In this document: positions 37,530 to 50,657 of the stretch, piece by piece | How positions within the stretch are numbered: position 1 is the stretch's first letter | How the letters are laid out: each line of letters opens with the position of its first letter | From: Chiloscyllium plagiosum | Lineage: Eukaryota | DNA: 64,000 bases | NCBI RefSeq assembly: GCF_004010195.1 | Contig: NC_057749.1 | Coordinates: forward strand, 9,177,070-9,241,069 | Direction of reading: 5' to 3' | Program-made: the position numbers and the translations under genes | Notes under the pieces: generated by a model | The model's database searches: none | Told to the model about the DNA's origin: nothing | What the model saw: only the letters and a program-made list of their open reading frames with translations

Positions 37530-38289
37530 AATCACCACTTACTGGAAGAAGGAGGGCATAATCTTGGAGGGGGTCATACAACACAGAGCACTTGTGGGGG
37601 TGATTAATTAGTTCATCATGGTGGTGGGCATCAGGGTTATACAGTGTAATGGTCTGCAGTCATTTGTACCTCAGGGCAAGTCTGAGCCTTGCAAGTACCT
37701 CCCAAGTACCTGGTTCCAACAAAGCCAGAAGCATGGGAAGGGCCAGATACAAGTAACTATGTACTGCTGTAGCACCTGTTGGACAGCAAGTGGAATTTGA
37801 ACAGTTTGGGTGAGGTGAGGCATGTGCAATTAATTGTTTTAACATGGCCCTTGCACACTCTGTGCAGAGTCTCAAAAGAATGGTTGCTTCATTCAGCTTT
37901 CTTGGCAAGTCAGCTAACAGCCAAGACCTAACAAAATGAAATGACCAGAATTCCTGCATGAACTCAAAAGAACATTTCCACCTGATTAAATGAGAGTACT
38001 GCTGCAAAGAACAAAATCCTCCAAAAACTTCATCTCCAGAAACAGAAGAATGAGGACTATGCTAACTTGTACAATGCTTTCACTACTGCTTCTCTCAAGA
38101 ATGGAAAGACTTGCATTTGTATTTTGAGACCTCAGGATGTGAAAATACACTTATAACCAATTAGGTATATTTGATATGCAATTACTATTGCAATTCAGCA
38201 ACTAAATAAACACAGCAAGGTCCTTCAAGCCATGAGATATAATGGTCTGATATGATCCTTTTGTTTTTACAAGTTACACATTAGGCACA

Positions 38290-39368
38290 GGAAAAGAGCA
38301 CCAGGCTGTTGGGTGAGAGTTCAAAGCTGCATTACAAATTGGACGGTCTACACATGGGCCGGACTGGAAACAATGTCGTGGGGGTGCTTTTGCTAACGCT
38401 GTTGGGGAGGGTTTAAACTAATGCGGCTGGGGAACAGAAACTAAATGAGGTGGTTAGTGGACAGCAAGGAGAAAGTAACTATAGCCTGTAAGGAGCTAGA
38501 TAATTAAGTCAGCGTGATTAAGGGGAAAGGTAGGCAGGGAGCAGATATTGAATGCAAAGACACAGGTGGTCTGAGATGCATTTATTTTAATGCAAGAAGT
38601 GTAGTAGGTAAGGCAGATAAACTTAGGACTTAGATTAGTACCTGGGTGTATGATGTCATTGCTATTACTGAGACTTCGTTGAGGGAAGGGCAAGTTTGGC
38701 AAATAAATTTCCCAGGATATAGATGCTTCAGGCAGGATAGAGAGGAAAGTAAAAGGGGTGGAGGAGTTGCGTTATTGGTCAGAGAGGATACCACAGCTGT
38801 GCTGAAGGAGGGTACAATGGAAGACCCAAGCAGTGAGGCATTATGGGCAGAGCTCAGAAATAGGAAGGGTGCGGTGTTGGGGCTGCACTACAGGCCTCCC
38901 AACAGTGTGTGAGAGATAGAGGTACAAATATGTAAACAGATTATAAAGATGTAGGAGCAACAGGGTAGTGGTGATAGGTGGTTTTAACTTTCCCAACATT
39001 GACTGGGATTCACTTAGTGTTAGGGGTCTAGATGGAGCAGAATTTGTAAGGAGCATCCACGAGGGCTTTCTGGAGCAGAATGTAAATAGCCCAACTCGGG
39101 AAGTGGCCATACTGGACCTGACATTGGAGAATGAGCCTGGCCAGGTGGTTGAAATTTCAGTCAGGGATTACTTTGAGAATAGTGGTCACAATTCCATAAG
39201 TTTTAGAATACTCATGGACAAAGACAAAAGTGGTCCTAAAAGAACAGCGCTAAATTGGGGGAAGGCCAACTATACCAAAATTCGACAGGAGCTGGGGAAT
39301 GTGGATTGGGATCAGCTATTTGAAGGGAAACCCACATTTGGTATGTGAAGACTTTCAAAGAGAGAGAG
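38290..39368 (+). mobile_element. CR1 fragment: end of ORF1 and APE endonuclease
   Basis: YFNARSVVGK, YDVIAITET, YRPPNS, GGFNFPNIDW and ILDL motifs. Confidence 0.9.
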
Positions 39369-40790
39369 GTTGACCTACACAGGTACTGTGCCCCAACTCT
39401 TCCACCTTTACATTGATGACTGCATCAGTGCAGCATTCCGCACCCAGTTCATTGACTTCGCCCACAACTTCCACCCTGCCATCAAGTTCACTTGGTTCAT
39501 CTCAGACACCTCCCTCTCCTTTCTTGACCTCACCAATTCCATCTCTGGCGACAGTCTCCAGACAGACTTTGACTACAAACCCACAGACTCTCAACAACCA
39601 GGACTACACCTCCTCCCAGCTAATATCCTGCAAGAACTCATTCCCATTCTCCCAATTCCTCTGCCTCATCTACTCTGACAAGGAGACATTCCACTTGCAA
39701 GCATCCCAGACGTCTACCTAATTTTCAATAATGTGCTTTTCCTCCTCCTGTCATTCAGACAGCCCTACACCGCACTACCTCCATTCCCGGTTTCACTGCT
39801 GTAAACACTCCCCGCCTCCCAAACGCAATAAAGACAGAGTTCCCTTGTCCTCACCTATCACCCCACCAGTCACTGCATCCAACACATCATCCTTAAACAT
39901 TTCTGCCAAGTTCAACTAGACCCCACCACCAAGAACATCTTCCCCTCCTGACCCCTCTGACAGTCCTTGATTTATGCCACTCTTCCCACCGATTCCCCTG
40001 CACCCCAGGGACTATCCCCAGCAATTGGAAAAGATGCAAAACCTGCTGGTACTCCCCTCAGCTCCATTTCAGGCCCCAAGCAGCCCACCTAGGTGAAAGA
40101 GGTTCACCTGCCTCTCTTCCAACCGAGTTTGCTGCATCTGGTGCTCCCGATGTGATCTTCACGACACTGGGGAGACCAAATGTAAACTCAGGAAACGGTT
40201 CACTGAGCACTGCAGCCAGGCCCGCAGGGGCTGACTGGACCTCCTAGTCACCGCCCATTTTATTCCCCTTCCCACTCCCTTTCCAGCATGACCGTCCTTG
40301 GCCTCCACCATTGCCACAACCAACCAAGCACACCACATCTTATCTTCCACCTTATCTTCCACCTGGGCAGCCTTCAACCTAGAAGACTCAACACTGAGTT
40401 CTCCAATTTGATTAATTACATTCCCTACAGTATGGAAACAGGCCCTTTGGCCCAACTAGTCCACACCGAACCTCCGAAGAGTAACCCATCCAGACCCATT
40501 CTCCCTAACTAATGCACCTAACTCTACGGGCAAATTTAGCACGACCAATTCACCTAACCTGCACATCTTTCGACTGTGGGAGGAAACCGGAGCACCCGGA
40601 GGAAACCCACGCAGACACTAGGAGAATGTGCAAACTCCACACAGACAGTCGTCCGAGGCTGGAATTGAACCCGGTTCCCTGGCGCGGTGAGGCAGCAGTG
40701 CTAACCACTGAGCCACCGTGCCGCCCAACTCAAATAACTTTGCCTCCCTGACTCCCTTCCCAGCCCTCCCTGTCCCTTCCACTGTTTGAT
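39369..40790 (+). mobile_element. PLE RT and GIY-YIG remnant, interrupted by a SINE
   Basis: LYIDDC...NFHPAIKFT...LSFLDL...YKPTDS is a PLE RT segment. A degenerate TGETK...RFTEH motif lies downstream. Confidence 0.9.
40410..40726 (-). mobile_element. Young HE1-like SINE inserted in the PLE
   Basis: Full-length, CpG-retaining copy ending ccactgagccaccgtgccgccc. Confidence 0.92.
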
Positions 40791-42839
40791 AAGGGGTCTT
40801 CGTGATGATGATGGAGAACACAATCAGAGTCAACAAGTGGCTTGTGTGGAGAAAAACATGAATATTTGATGAGCTAAAATGGTCCATTTCAGTGTTGGAA
40901 CATTGACAATCTTTTACCAAGTTTTAGCAGAAATGCCAACATGCACATCTTTAACACAACTTTATTCTTCCATCAACAAGTACACTGTTGAAGCTGCGTG
41001 TGACTAAAATTCTCATGGACTTCTAGCTTTTTCAATAAAGGCACAATTTAACAAATGCTTCCAGTTAAATTGCTGTGATTCAGCAACATAGAAAAATACA
41101 TTTGTTCACCTTCACAATAGCAAGAGAAAGACCAGAAATAGATTCCAGTCTGGCAACTCTGCTTTCAATAACATCACCTTTCAAGGTGAGAAAATAGCAT
41201 GTTACCACAGCTGAGTAATTGAAGGTAATTTTCTTTAAATCAGGGATATTTTAGAAAATTAAAATTATCTCAACTTTATCTGCTTTTATAATTAATTGGT
41301 GGTTTAAATTAGCTGGTAGGATTTTTTTTTAAACAAATTCATGCACGGGATCAGAGAGTCACTGGCTAAGCCAACATTTATTACCAATCCCTAATTGGTC
41401 TTTCCTTCCTTAAAGGGAAAATAGACTAAAGGACTCATGGTCATTATTAGACTCTTAATTCCAGATTTTTATTGAATTAAAATTACATCATCTGCCATGA
41501 TAGAGTTTGAAGCCAGATTCCCAGAACATGACCTGGTCTCTGAATTAAGAGACCAGCAATAACAAAAGGCCATCAGCTCCCTGTCTTGCCAAAAAGCTTT
41601 GAATTCCACAGAGAAAGTCTGACACTGACAACTTAGTTGACACTTGTGTGACTGCTGGTGCATTATACAAACAATTTCAGAGAATCTAGATGCTAAAAAA
41701 AATTTAAATACTATTACGGGAGAGCTCATTTTGCTAAATCTGTTGTAAAACACAAAACACACGACTGTGAGACCACCCAACTCATTACGCTTTTGCAGGA
41801 ATTTCAGAGCATATCACATTAGATAAAAGCTCTTCGTTATTTCATTCACCCCTCCTCCGGACTCCTATCTTGCTTCTGTACTTGTCCCATTTATTACCCT
41901 GGGTACAACCTAAGAGTTCCTTTGTCATTTAACCTCTTCCATTCTATCACAGGCCTCTACTTTTCGACTTCCAAACTCCCACATTTTACACACTTAAAGT
42001 TCGAAATGTTCTAACTTTTAAGTTCTGACAGTAGGGCAGCAACATTATTCTGAAGTGTTTGTTTCTCTCCCCATAGATACTGAGTGGAGTATTTCTAACA
42101 TCTTCTATTGTTTTAGTATACCCAAGTCTGTGTGTAACTATATTAGGTATTTAAATTAGTCATATTTTCATGGATACAATATGGTTTCAACTTCATCACC
42201 TCATCTTCGGATTTCAAACCAAGTGTTTACAAATACACTAACGTACATATATTACACATCTGTTGCTTAAGCAAGGTCTCTAGTTAAGTGAACCTGAATT
42301 AAAATTTATTATCTGCACATGCTTGCCAATACTTGACAAGTGAGAATTTTTTGCTCCCTTAGCCAAAAAGAGTGTCAAGCAACTTGAAGTTCAAATTAAA
42401 ATACAGGTAGCTACAAAGGTTATTAAAACGCAGAGATGCTCCTTCTGGCTTCCATTTTGGAAGAATGCGATGATAACAGTGGATTTCAAATATAGTTATT
42501 TTAATCTAAAGTGATAAATGTAAAATACTCATGTGATGGGAAGGGATGTAACAAAAATCATTCAAGGCTACCTCACATGTAAAAGTCACAGATATTTTTT
42601 TAAAGCCATTGGCCATGTGTCTTACAAAGCAAGGATTTTGTGAAATGCACCTTTCAGTTCATTTGTTAAAGCACAACTATATTGAGAGAGATGTCAGGTC
42701 TGTGCCAAATATTTGATGCACCTTTAAATGTTAGCTTGTTTCCAATATATCCAGAATCTCTCTTTCACACAGGCAACACTTGAAAATGGTTGTGTCAAGT
42801 CTGTCAATATACTACGATCATGACTATACAACTACAGAA

Positions 42840-44950
42840 GTATAGAAATGTTGTAGCACAGAAGAGATCAATCTGCCAATCCTGTCCATTCGGACCCAAA
42901 GATGCTCTTTATAATCCTGTCTTCCAGGATGTGGCCTATAGTCTTTGCAGCTTACAGCATTTAAGGTGCTGATCCTGATGCTTTTTAAAAGAAGAGTTTA
43001 GTGTCTCTGCCTCCAACACAAACTCAGGCAGTGAATTCCAGCCAGCCACCAAACTCTCCATAACAAAGATTTTCCTTAAATCCTCTCTAATTTTTCTGCC
43101 ACTTGGTTTGAATCTGTGACCCACGGTTTCTGAACTCTCTGCCAAGGGAAACTGGTATCTTGACCCCTTATAATTCTGTCTATCTCAATCATGTCACCTT
43201 TCTCTGCTCCAAGGAAAACAATCTCCATCTCTCCAATGGTTCTAACACTTTCTTTCTCGTCATGATTGTGCCCAATAAATCACACTGCTCCTCTTGGATT
43301 GCTATATCTACATCATCCCATTTCTTTGAGAGTACGGAGACAAAAATTTCATTTAAAATTCTTCCTATACCCTCTACATCTTCAAACAAGTTGCCTTCTT
43401 AATCTCTGATAGGTCTCACTTTTCCATTAGCTGCCCTTTTGCTGTTTAAATAATGGTAAATCATCTTTGGGTTTCCCTTTATCTTGCTTGGTAATTTTTT
43501 TTTCTAAAATTTGTTCCCTATACTTTCTACCCTCCTCTAGGTTATCTGCAGTGTTGAGTCATTTTGTGACTATCTTAAGTTTTTTTCCGGCTTAATATTC
43601 CCCTGCATTTTTCCAGTCAACCATAGGATTTAGAGGAGATGGAGCTGAAAATGTGTTGCTGGAAAAGCGCAGGTCAGGCAGCATCCAGATAGATGGGTAT
43701 AAATGTAGACAAATTTCTGCCTGTAGGAATAAGGTGGCAATAGTTGGAGAGTTTAACTATCCCCATATCAGCTGGATTTTGAACAATAAAAAGGGCTTTG
43801 AGGATGAAAACAACATGTACATCCAGGAATTTCTTTTTAAACATAACTGATAAGCCCAATGTGGGCATGCCCGAAACGTCGATTCTCCTGCTCCTTGGAT
43901 GCTGTCTGACCTGCTGCGCTTTTCCAGCAACACATTTTCAGCGCTGATCTCCAGCATCTGCAGTCCTCACTTTCTCCTTTTAGAGGGGATATACCTTAAG
44001 GATCTCACTCTTTAGTGCCTCCCATTGGTTTACCACTGATGTGCCCTTTCGCAGTCCTGTCCAGTCCATCTCAGACAAATCACATGCCTGTACTGTAAAA
44101 TTTGCCTCCCATTAAAACCTTTTATGCCTGATTCATCTGTGCTTTGCAATAATATTAAATCTAGCCAAATTGAGGTCACTATCCCCAATATAGTCACAAA
44201 CTGTCACTTTTCCCATTTGCCCACCTTCATTTCCCAAACTAAGTCCAGAATTGCATCACCTCTCATTGGGCTTATCAGTTATGTTTAAAAAGAAATTCCT
44301 GGATGTACATGTTGTTTTCATCCTCAAAGCCCTTTTTATTGTTCAAAATCCAGCTGATATGGGGATAGTTAAACTCTCCAACTATTGCCGCCTTATTCCT
44401 ACAGGCAGAAATTTGTCTACATTTATACCCATCTATCTCCCTCCCACTACAAGGATTATGGTATTGTGCTAGTAGTGAGACTGCCCCTTTCTTAATTCCT
44501 ATGTTCAACCCATAATGCCTCATTTATTAAACCTGTTTAGTATATCATGCCTTCTCACAAATGTAATTGATTCTTTAGCCAATACTGCTACCCCACCTCC
44601 CCTTTTTTGTCACCCACTCTATCCCCCTGAAAACTGAGCTGCCAATTCTGTCCCTCTTTTAGCCAGTTTTCTGTTATAGCAACAACATTGTGTTGCCATG
44701 TGGCTATCTACGCCCTTAGTTCATCTGTCTTGTTTATAATAACCTTTGCAATGAAGAATAAGCAGCTTAACCCTATCAATTTTCATTGCTGGATATTTCT
44801 GGAAAATCCTCATTTCTTTTCATCTTTGAGTTGCTGACTACACCACTAAAGTTCCACCTCCTATTTCCTGATCTGAATCGGACCCATCTTGGTCTACAAA
44901 CTGGTTCCCAACCACTACAATACTCATTTAAAAACCACACCAACGGAGCT
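42840..44950 (-). mobile_element. Old CR1-clade LINE with deletions, hosting a PLE insertion
   Basis: VAGWNSLPEFVLEAETL (3' part) and IVGEFNYPHISW (APE domain) motifs. Confidence 0.8.
43641..43978. mobile_element. Fold-back PLE terminus enclosing 175 bp of captured local DNA
   Basis: Inverted pLTR arms at 43641-43686 and 43862-43978. TSD tttagaggagat / tttagaggggat. Confidence 0.88.
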
Positions 44951-46210
44951 AGCAAAAGTCCTTGCAAGGATGTTTGTCCCACATGGTAAACAGAAACAAC
45001 TGTCTCCACTGTCCCGTCAAAAATCTCACAACCCTGAATTGGGAATAGATCAGTCTCCCTTCATAATCATTGGGTCTGGAAATTTCCACTAACAGCACCT
45101 ACACCATTTGGACTAAAGTACTTCAAAGTGATTTGTGACTATCTTCTTGACTTTAAATAGGGTGGAAACATTTTGTCACTGTCACTGATACCCACAACAC
45201 GAGATGAAATGAAGGTAAGAGATGACAGATCTATAGATCTTTCTCTCTGTAGTACAGAGCATAAATAGCACAAATATAACAAATCAACATTTGCTAAAAA
45301 TAAATGCAATCTGATTCAGCTCATTTCTAAAAGGCCTTAAAGAAAAATTGAACAACAATTGCAAAGATATAACTGTTAGATATTGAATATGCAGCTCACT
45401 TCAACTTGACAACTTAAATGTACACAAGTTTAAATCATTTAAGCAGAAAGGTAATAGTGAAGAATATAAACCAGGATTTCATTGGATTTTGCTACAATTC
45501 ACTTTAAAAAGGAACACATTCCAAAAATTACTTTGAAGTTGGGACAGATCTTGTACATAGAAAAACTTTTGGTAGACTAAATGCAGACAATGTCGAAAGG
45601 TGGAGGCAAAAATCAATTTTCAAACATTCACACCAAAAAAAACGATCCCTTCCCTTAAAAAAAAACAGGAGTAAATAGTTTAAATAATGTCAAAATCAAT
45701 ACCCACTGAGGTTTTGTAGACTTTGACAATTATTTAGTATTGGTTGTATTTCTCAGAATAGACAGTTCCTGAGTTCAATACAAATTATTGAACAGTTGAT
45801 TTATGATAATCTAGCTGATGGTAATGCTCGATAATTGGCTCTCAGATAATCCAATATTTTTATTTCTTTTAGTTTAAAATGAGGTCAGTCATGTTGACAA
45901 GAGGCTGCCAATGTACTTTAAGCAGAAGAATGCGAAAGCTTATTATACAAAATCAAAACACAAATTAGTATGAACCAAAGAGCGTGGTGCTGGAAAAACA
46001 CAGCCAGTCAGGCAGCATCCGAGGAGCAGGAGAGTCAACGTTTCGGGCATTACCCCTTCAGCAGGGATGAGGCATGTGGGCCAAGGGGGCTGAGAGATAA
46101 ATGGGAGGGGGCGGGGCTGGGGCTGGGGAAGGCAGCTGGGAATGCGATTGGTAGATGGGGGTGAAGGTGATAGGTCAGAAGGGAGGGTGGAACACCTAGG
46201 TGGGAAGGAA

Positions 46211-46805
46211 CATAGAACCTAGAAAATTACAGCGCAGTACAGGCCCTTTGGCCCTCGATGTTGCGCCGATCCAAGCCCACCTAACCTACACTAGCCCACT
46301 ATCCTCCATATGCCTATCCAATGCCCGCTTAAATGCCCATAAAGAGGGAGAGTCCACCACTGCTACTGGCAGGGCATTCCATGAACTCACGACTCGCTGA
46401 GTAAAGAATCTACCCCTAACATCTGTCCTATACCTACCACCCCTTAATTTAAAGCTATGCCCACTCATAATAGCTGACTCCATATGTGGAAAAAGGTTCT
46501 CACGGTCAACCCTATCTAAACCCCTAATCATCTTGTACACCTCTATCAAGTCACCCCTAAACCTTCTTTTCTACAATGAAAACAACCCCAAGTGCCTCAG
46601 CCCTTCCTCATACGATCTTTGGCAACTTTCAGAGATCTGTGTACATGGACACCAAGATCTCTCTGCTCATCCACACTACCAAGTATCTGACCATTAGCCC
46701 AATACCCCATCTTTTTGTTACTCTTACCAAAGTGAATCACCTCACACTTACCTACATTGAACTCCATTTGCCACCTTTCTGCCCAGCTCTGCAGCTTATC
46801 TATAT
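46211..46805 (-). mobile_element. CR1 3' fragment nested in the PLE
   Basis: WQMEFNVGKCEVIHFG and FFTQRVVSSWNALP motifs. gaaggaa is repeated at 46204-46210 and 46806-46812. Confidence 0.9.
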
Positions 46806-47471
46806 GAAGGAAGTTGTGACAGGTAGGACCATTCAAGACGGTGGTGCCAAGTTGGGAAGTTGGGACTGGGATAAGGTGGTGGAGTGGAAATGGGGAAAGT
46901 GATGAAATCCACATTGATCCCATATGGTTGCAAGGTCCCAAGGCAGAGATGAGGCGTTCTTCTTCCAGGTGTCGAGTGGTAAGGGTTTGATGAGGGAGGC
47001 AGACCAGGACCTGCCTGTCGTGGCAAGGTGGGAGGGGGGAGATGAAGCGTTCCGTTACTGGGCAGTGGGGTTGATTGGTGGTGTCCCAGAGACGTTCTCT
47101 GAAATGATCCATAAGTTGGCATCCTGTCTCCCCAATGTTGAGGAGACCACATCAGGTTCAATGGATGCAGATGATGACATGTGGAAGTACAGGTAAATTT
47201 CTCTTGTATGTGGAAAAATCCATTGAAGCTTTGGACGGAGGTGAGGGGGGAGGTGTGCACACAGATTTTGCAATTGCTAAGGTGGCAGGGGAGGGTGGGT
47301 TGATGGAGGGCATGGATCTGACAAGGGAGTTACTGAGGGAATGGTCTCTCCAAAACACAGATAAGAGTGGGGAAGGAAATACATCCCCACCTTCATCTAC
47401 CTATCGCATTCCCAGCTACCTTCCCCTCAGCCTCACCCCGTCCAATTGATCTCTCAGCTCCCTTCGCCCAC

Positions 47472-47507
47472 ATTCCTAATGAAGGGCTTATGCCCGAAAC
47501 GTCGATT
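47472..47507 (+). ncRNA. Minimal hammerhead motif, mutated (CUAAUGA)
   Basis: CTAATGA-a-gggc-ttat-gccc-GAAAC-GTC. Confidence 0.65.
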
Positions 47508-48699
47508 CTCTTGCTCTTCAGATGTTGCCTGACTGCTGTGCTTTTCCAGCACCACACTCTGACTCTGATCTCCAACATCTGCAGTCCTCAGTTTCTCCAT
47601 AAACTAATATGAAACAAACTCATTTCAAAAATCATGAAGATTCAACCTTTTTACCACTTACCTCCACTGTTCCCTCCCAAATAGTCTGAGAGACAATACC
47701 TCAGTGAAGAATCAGCCCACAGCAATGCTCCTTGCTCTGCTAGCATAGCCGCAAATTATTTCCTTTTCAGCAGATTTCTTTGCATTCACTTGATGGCATA
47801 TTCCTCTACTGTTTCTCCCTAAGCCTTTAGGTAAGCTTCAGATCACTATTGCTACATGACATGGGATCCTAAAACTTGTGTCTTTGATTAAATTGTGGGA
47901 CGGCTTCTGCTTACATCTCCAAAGTTTTCTACTTCTGAAGTTTACTTCTGGGCAACTCAGGACTTCTCCCTAGCCTTGTCCTGTCTATTTTTGGAAACTA
48001 TTATGAACCATGCTGATCATCAGCCTCTTCCCTTGAAATGAAGCCTTTTCTGGTCTCTTAATCAAGTCTGCCAACACCATAGTAACATTATCCCACGTGT
48101 CTGGCTAATAACTCAGTCAAAAATTAAATTTTCTTTGGAAATGCTGTTTTAATTCATTTTTCAAAAAAAGTCAGTCAAGCCTTCACAGAAGGGATAACAT
48201 TTTCTGCCATTTCAGGACCCAAATTCCCCCCCAAAAAAATATTGTGAGCCTTCATCATAGGTTAAATAAGACATCAGAAATTTATTACTTGTTTTGAAAT
48301 TCAGGTGAAAATAATTTTTTGAAAAACAAAACTGAATATTGTTCTAATTTAATAAAAATTCACAATGTGTACGTTTGACTATAAATTACATTTTAATGCA
48401 ATGAGTGGCATGAGGACATATCTTGGAAAAGATTATTATACAACACATTGGTGTCTCTGATGCTGTCACATTGCAATTGCACAGAGTTTGTAACAGGAGT
48501 AACACACAAAAAGTAACACCAACATAGGTAGTGATGTTATCACAGTCTGAACTTCTGTCAGAACAAGTGTCACATGCTACAACTGAGAAAACAAAAGAGT
48601 ATATAGAAATTATTTCTCCTTCAAAAAATATGATTAGCATAATCATGATTCTCCTTATTTCTTCAAAGTATTCGAGAGATAGACAAAAAAAACTAAATG

Positions 48700-49385
48700 G
48701 CCATCTTGATTGAGTAAACTGTCTTGGATCCCAAACACACCTTCAAGGTGAAGCAGAGAAATTTACTTGTATTTCTTTCAATAGTCCTCTGCATTCACTG
48801 CTCAGAGTATAATCTCCTCTGCATTAGAGAGACCAAATGCAGACAGGTTGACTGCTTTCCAGAACAATCCTGACCTTCCAGTTGCTCATCACTTCAATAC
48901 ATCCTCTTGAACCCATACAAACATTTCTGTCCGAGGCCTGGTGCAATTTTCAAGCAAATAAACCTGTTGGCCTATAACCTGGTATCATGTGACATCTGAC
49001 TTCAGGATTCAATACTGACTGCAATCACTTCAGAAACTGTCCTTGAATCTGATTACACTCCTCCACTCCAGTATCTGGTTTGCTCTGAGCAAATCCAACC
49101 TATGTTCGACTTTCCACATCTATTTTCATCAAGATCATTCCTTTACAACCATTAGCACTCCCTTATCTTTTGCTCAGGGCAGCCTCACCAACTGTTACTA
49201 GTTACTTCTCCACCCTCTTTGCCAACATAAATACCAGAATTTCACAGTCCTCTCCAGTTCTGAAGAGGAATAATCAGACTCTATGTTAACTGTTCTCTCT
49301 CCACAGATTTTGTCAGGCCTGCAGAGGTTTTTCCAGCATTTTGTTTTTTGATTTAATTTCAAATGTCCAGTATCTTTTGCTTTTG
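48700..49385 (+). mobile_element. Ancient PLE 3' remnant
   Basis: Degenerate GIY-YIG DNA (tgcattcactgctc...tgcattagagagaccaaatgc) and a terminal ctgaaga...gttttccagcatttt motif. Confidence 0.6.
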
Positions 49386-50539
49386 TTTAACTCAATTAGC
49401 ATTAAGTTGTGTCAGGAAATATTCTTTCAATTTGTTCAAGAAAAACAAATTGAAAGGTAATTTTAATTACATAGTATAGTCAAACTTGGGTTTTAAGGAA
49501 CCATCAGCCAAATTTTCATTTCAAATATTCAGAAGAATTCAAAGAGTCCCCGTTGGATGCACCCTAACATTACAAAGCAAGAATGCAACCCACAGCAGAT
49601 TTTCAAACAGAAAAAATCTGGCTAATACTTAGTCAGAAGAAAATAAAAAATCCTTCAACAATAAGTTGTTTCAAACGATCAGTTCTCCCTTCCAGTATGC
49701 TTGTGACTAAAGTTAAATTTTGGTGAACTTAACAGCTCTAAATAGTTGGCAGAACAGAGGTTAATTAGCCAAGCATGTATCCAAAAATTTGTTGGAACAA
49801 GTTCTTAGTTGCACTGGTAATATCTGCAATAGCGATCCCTTGGAGCTAAGCTAGGACTTAATAAGTAATTAAAGTGAATTCCCAAATGCCACGAGAATTT
49901 TTCAAATTTAACCCTACAGACAATTGTTTCAGTATTATGCTTGCAGCTCAAAGTAACACTGCATAAGTCTGACATCAGAAAGAAATGTGGCTTGATAGAT
50001 CACAGTTTAATGTTTGCAGGTAGTCACTGAAACCAATTCGATGGAAGCCGATGTTTCTAAAAAGAAGAACATCAGTTTATTACACGAAGGAACTAATCAA
50101 ACCCTCTCAGATTGGAAGCTCCACTGGCTCAAGTAAAGCTTTTATTTCAAGGAAAGCAGTAAGTTCTCCTGCTAGTAGAAGTGCTTTACCTCTGTTCCTG
50201 TGCTATAATGTTCTATGTCGCATATTGAGACATTGAAATTTCCGTTCAGAGTCAAAACTAAGCCTGTGATTGGCACATATGAATATCACCACATGCTTTC
50301 CTGGACTGACACACTTAGGTCACTGTCCCAAAGGACTTTCTGACCAGTTTAACAAACCTTTCCTTCGAACTGACTCACATTCAATTGCCTCTATCACACT
50401 GTGGGACCCTGGTCAAACAATGACCGAAAAAAGTGAGTGGCGAAAATAGCGTCTTTATTTTGCAAACCCAGCACAAGTTTGGGGCTGCAAGAGAATCCCA
50501 AAACACAGTTCCTACAAGAGCCCCTTTATACACAGTCAG

Positions 50540-50657
50540 AGCCGTAGAGATGTACAATATGGAAACAGACCCTTCAGTCCAACCAGATATCCCAACCCAA
50601 TTTCATCCTACCTGCCAGCACTCGTTCCATATCCTTCCAAACCCTTCCTATTCATAC
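50540..50657 (-). mobile_element. CR1 3' tail fragment
   Basis: Reverse complement of the tail at 540-680. Confidence 0.8.

Larger units (their letters stand above)
45980..47598 (-). mobile_element. PLE with inverted pLTRs and GIY-YIG remnant, interrupted by CR1
   Basis: Minus-strand pLTR at 45980-46210 and body at 46806-47380 (HFRERL...HLEEERLI). Plus-strand pLTR and tail at 47384-47598. Degenerate TSD acaaattagtatgaaccaaa / ataaactaatatgaaacaaa. Confidence 0.88.
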
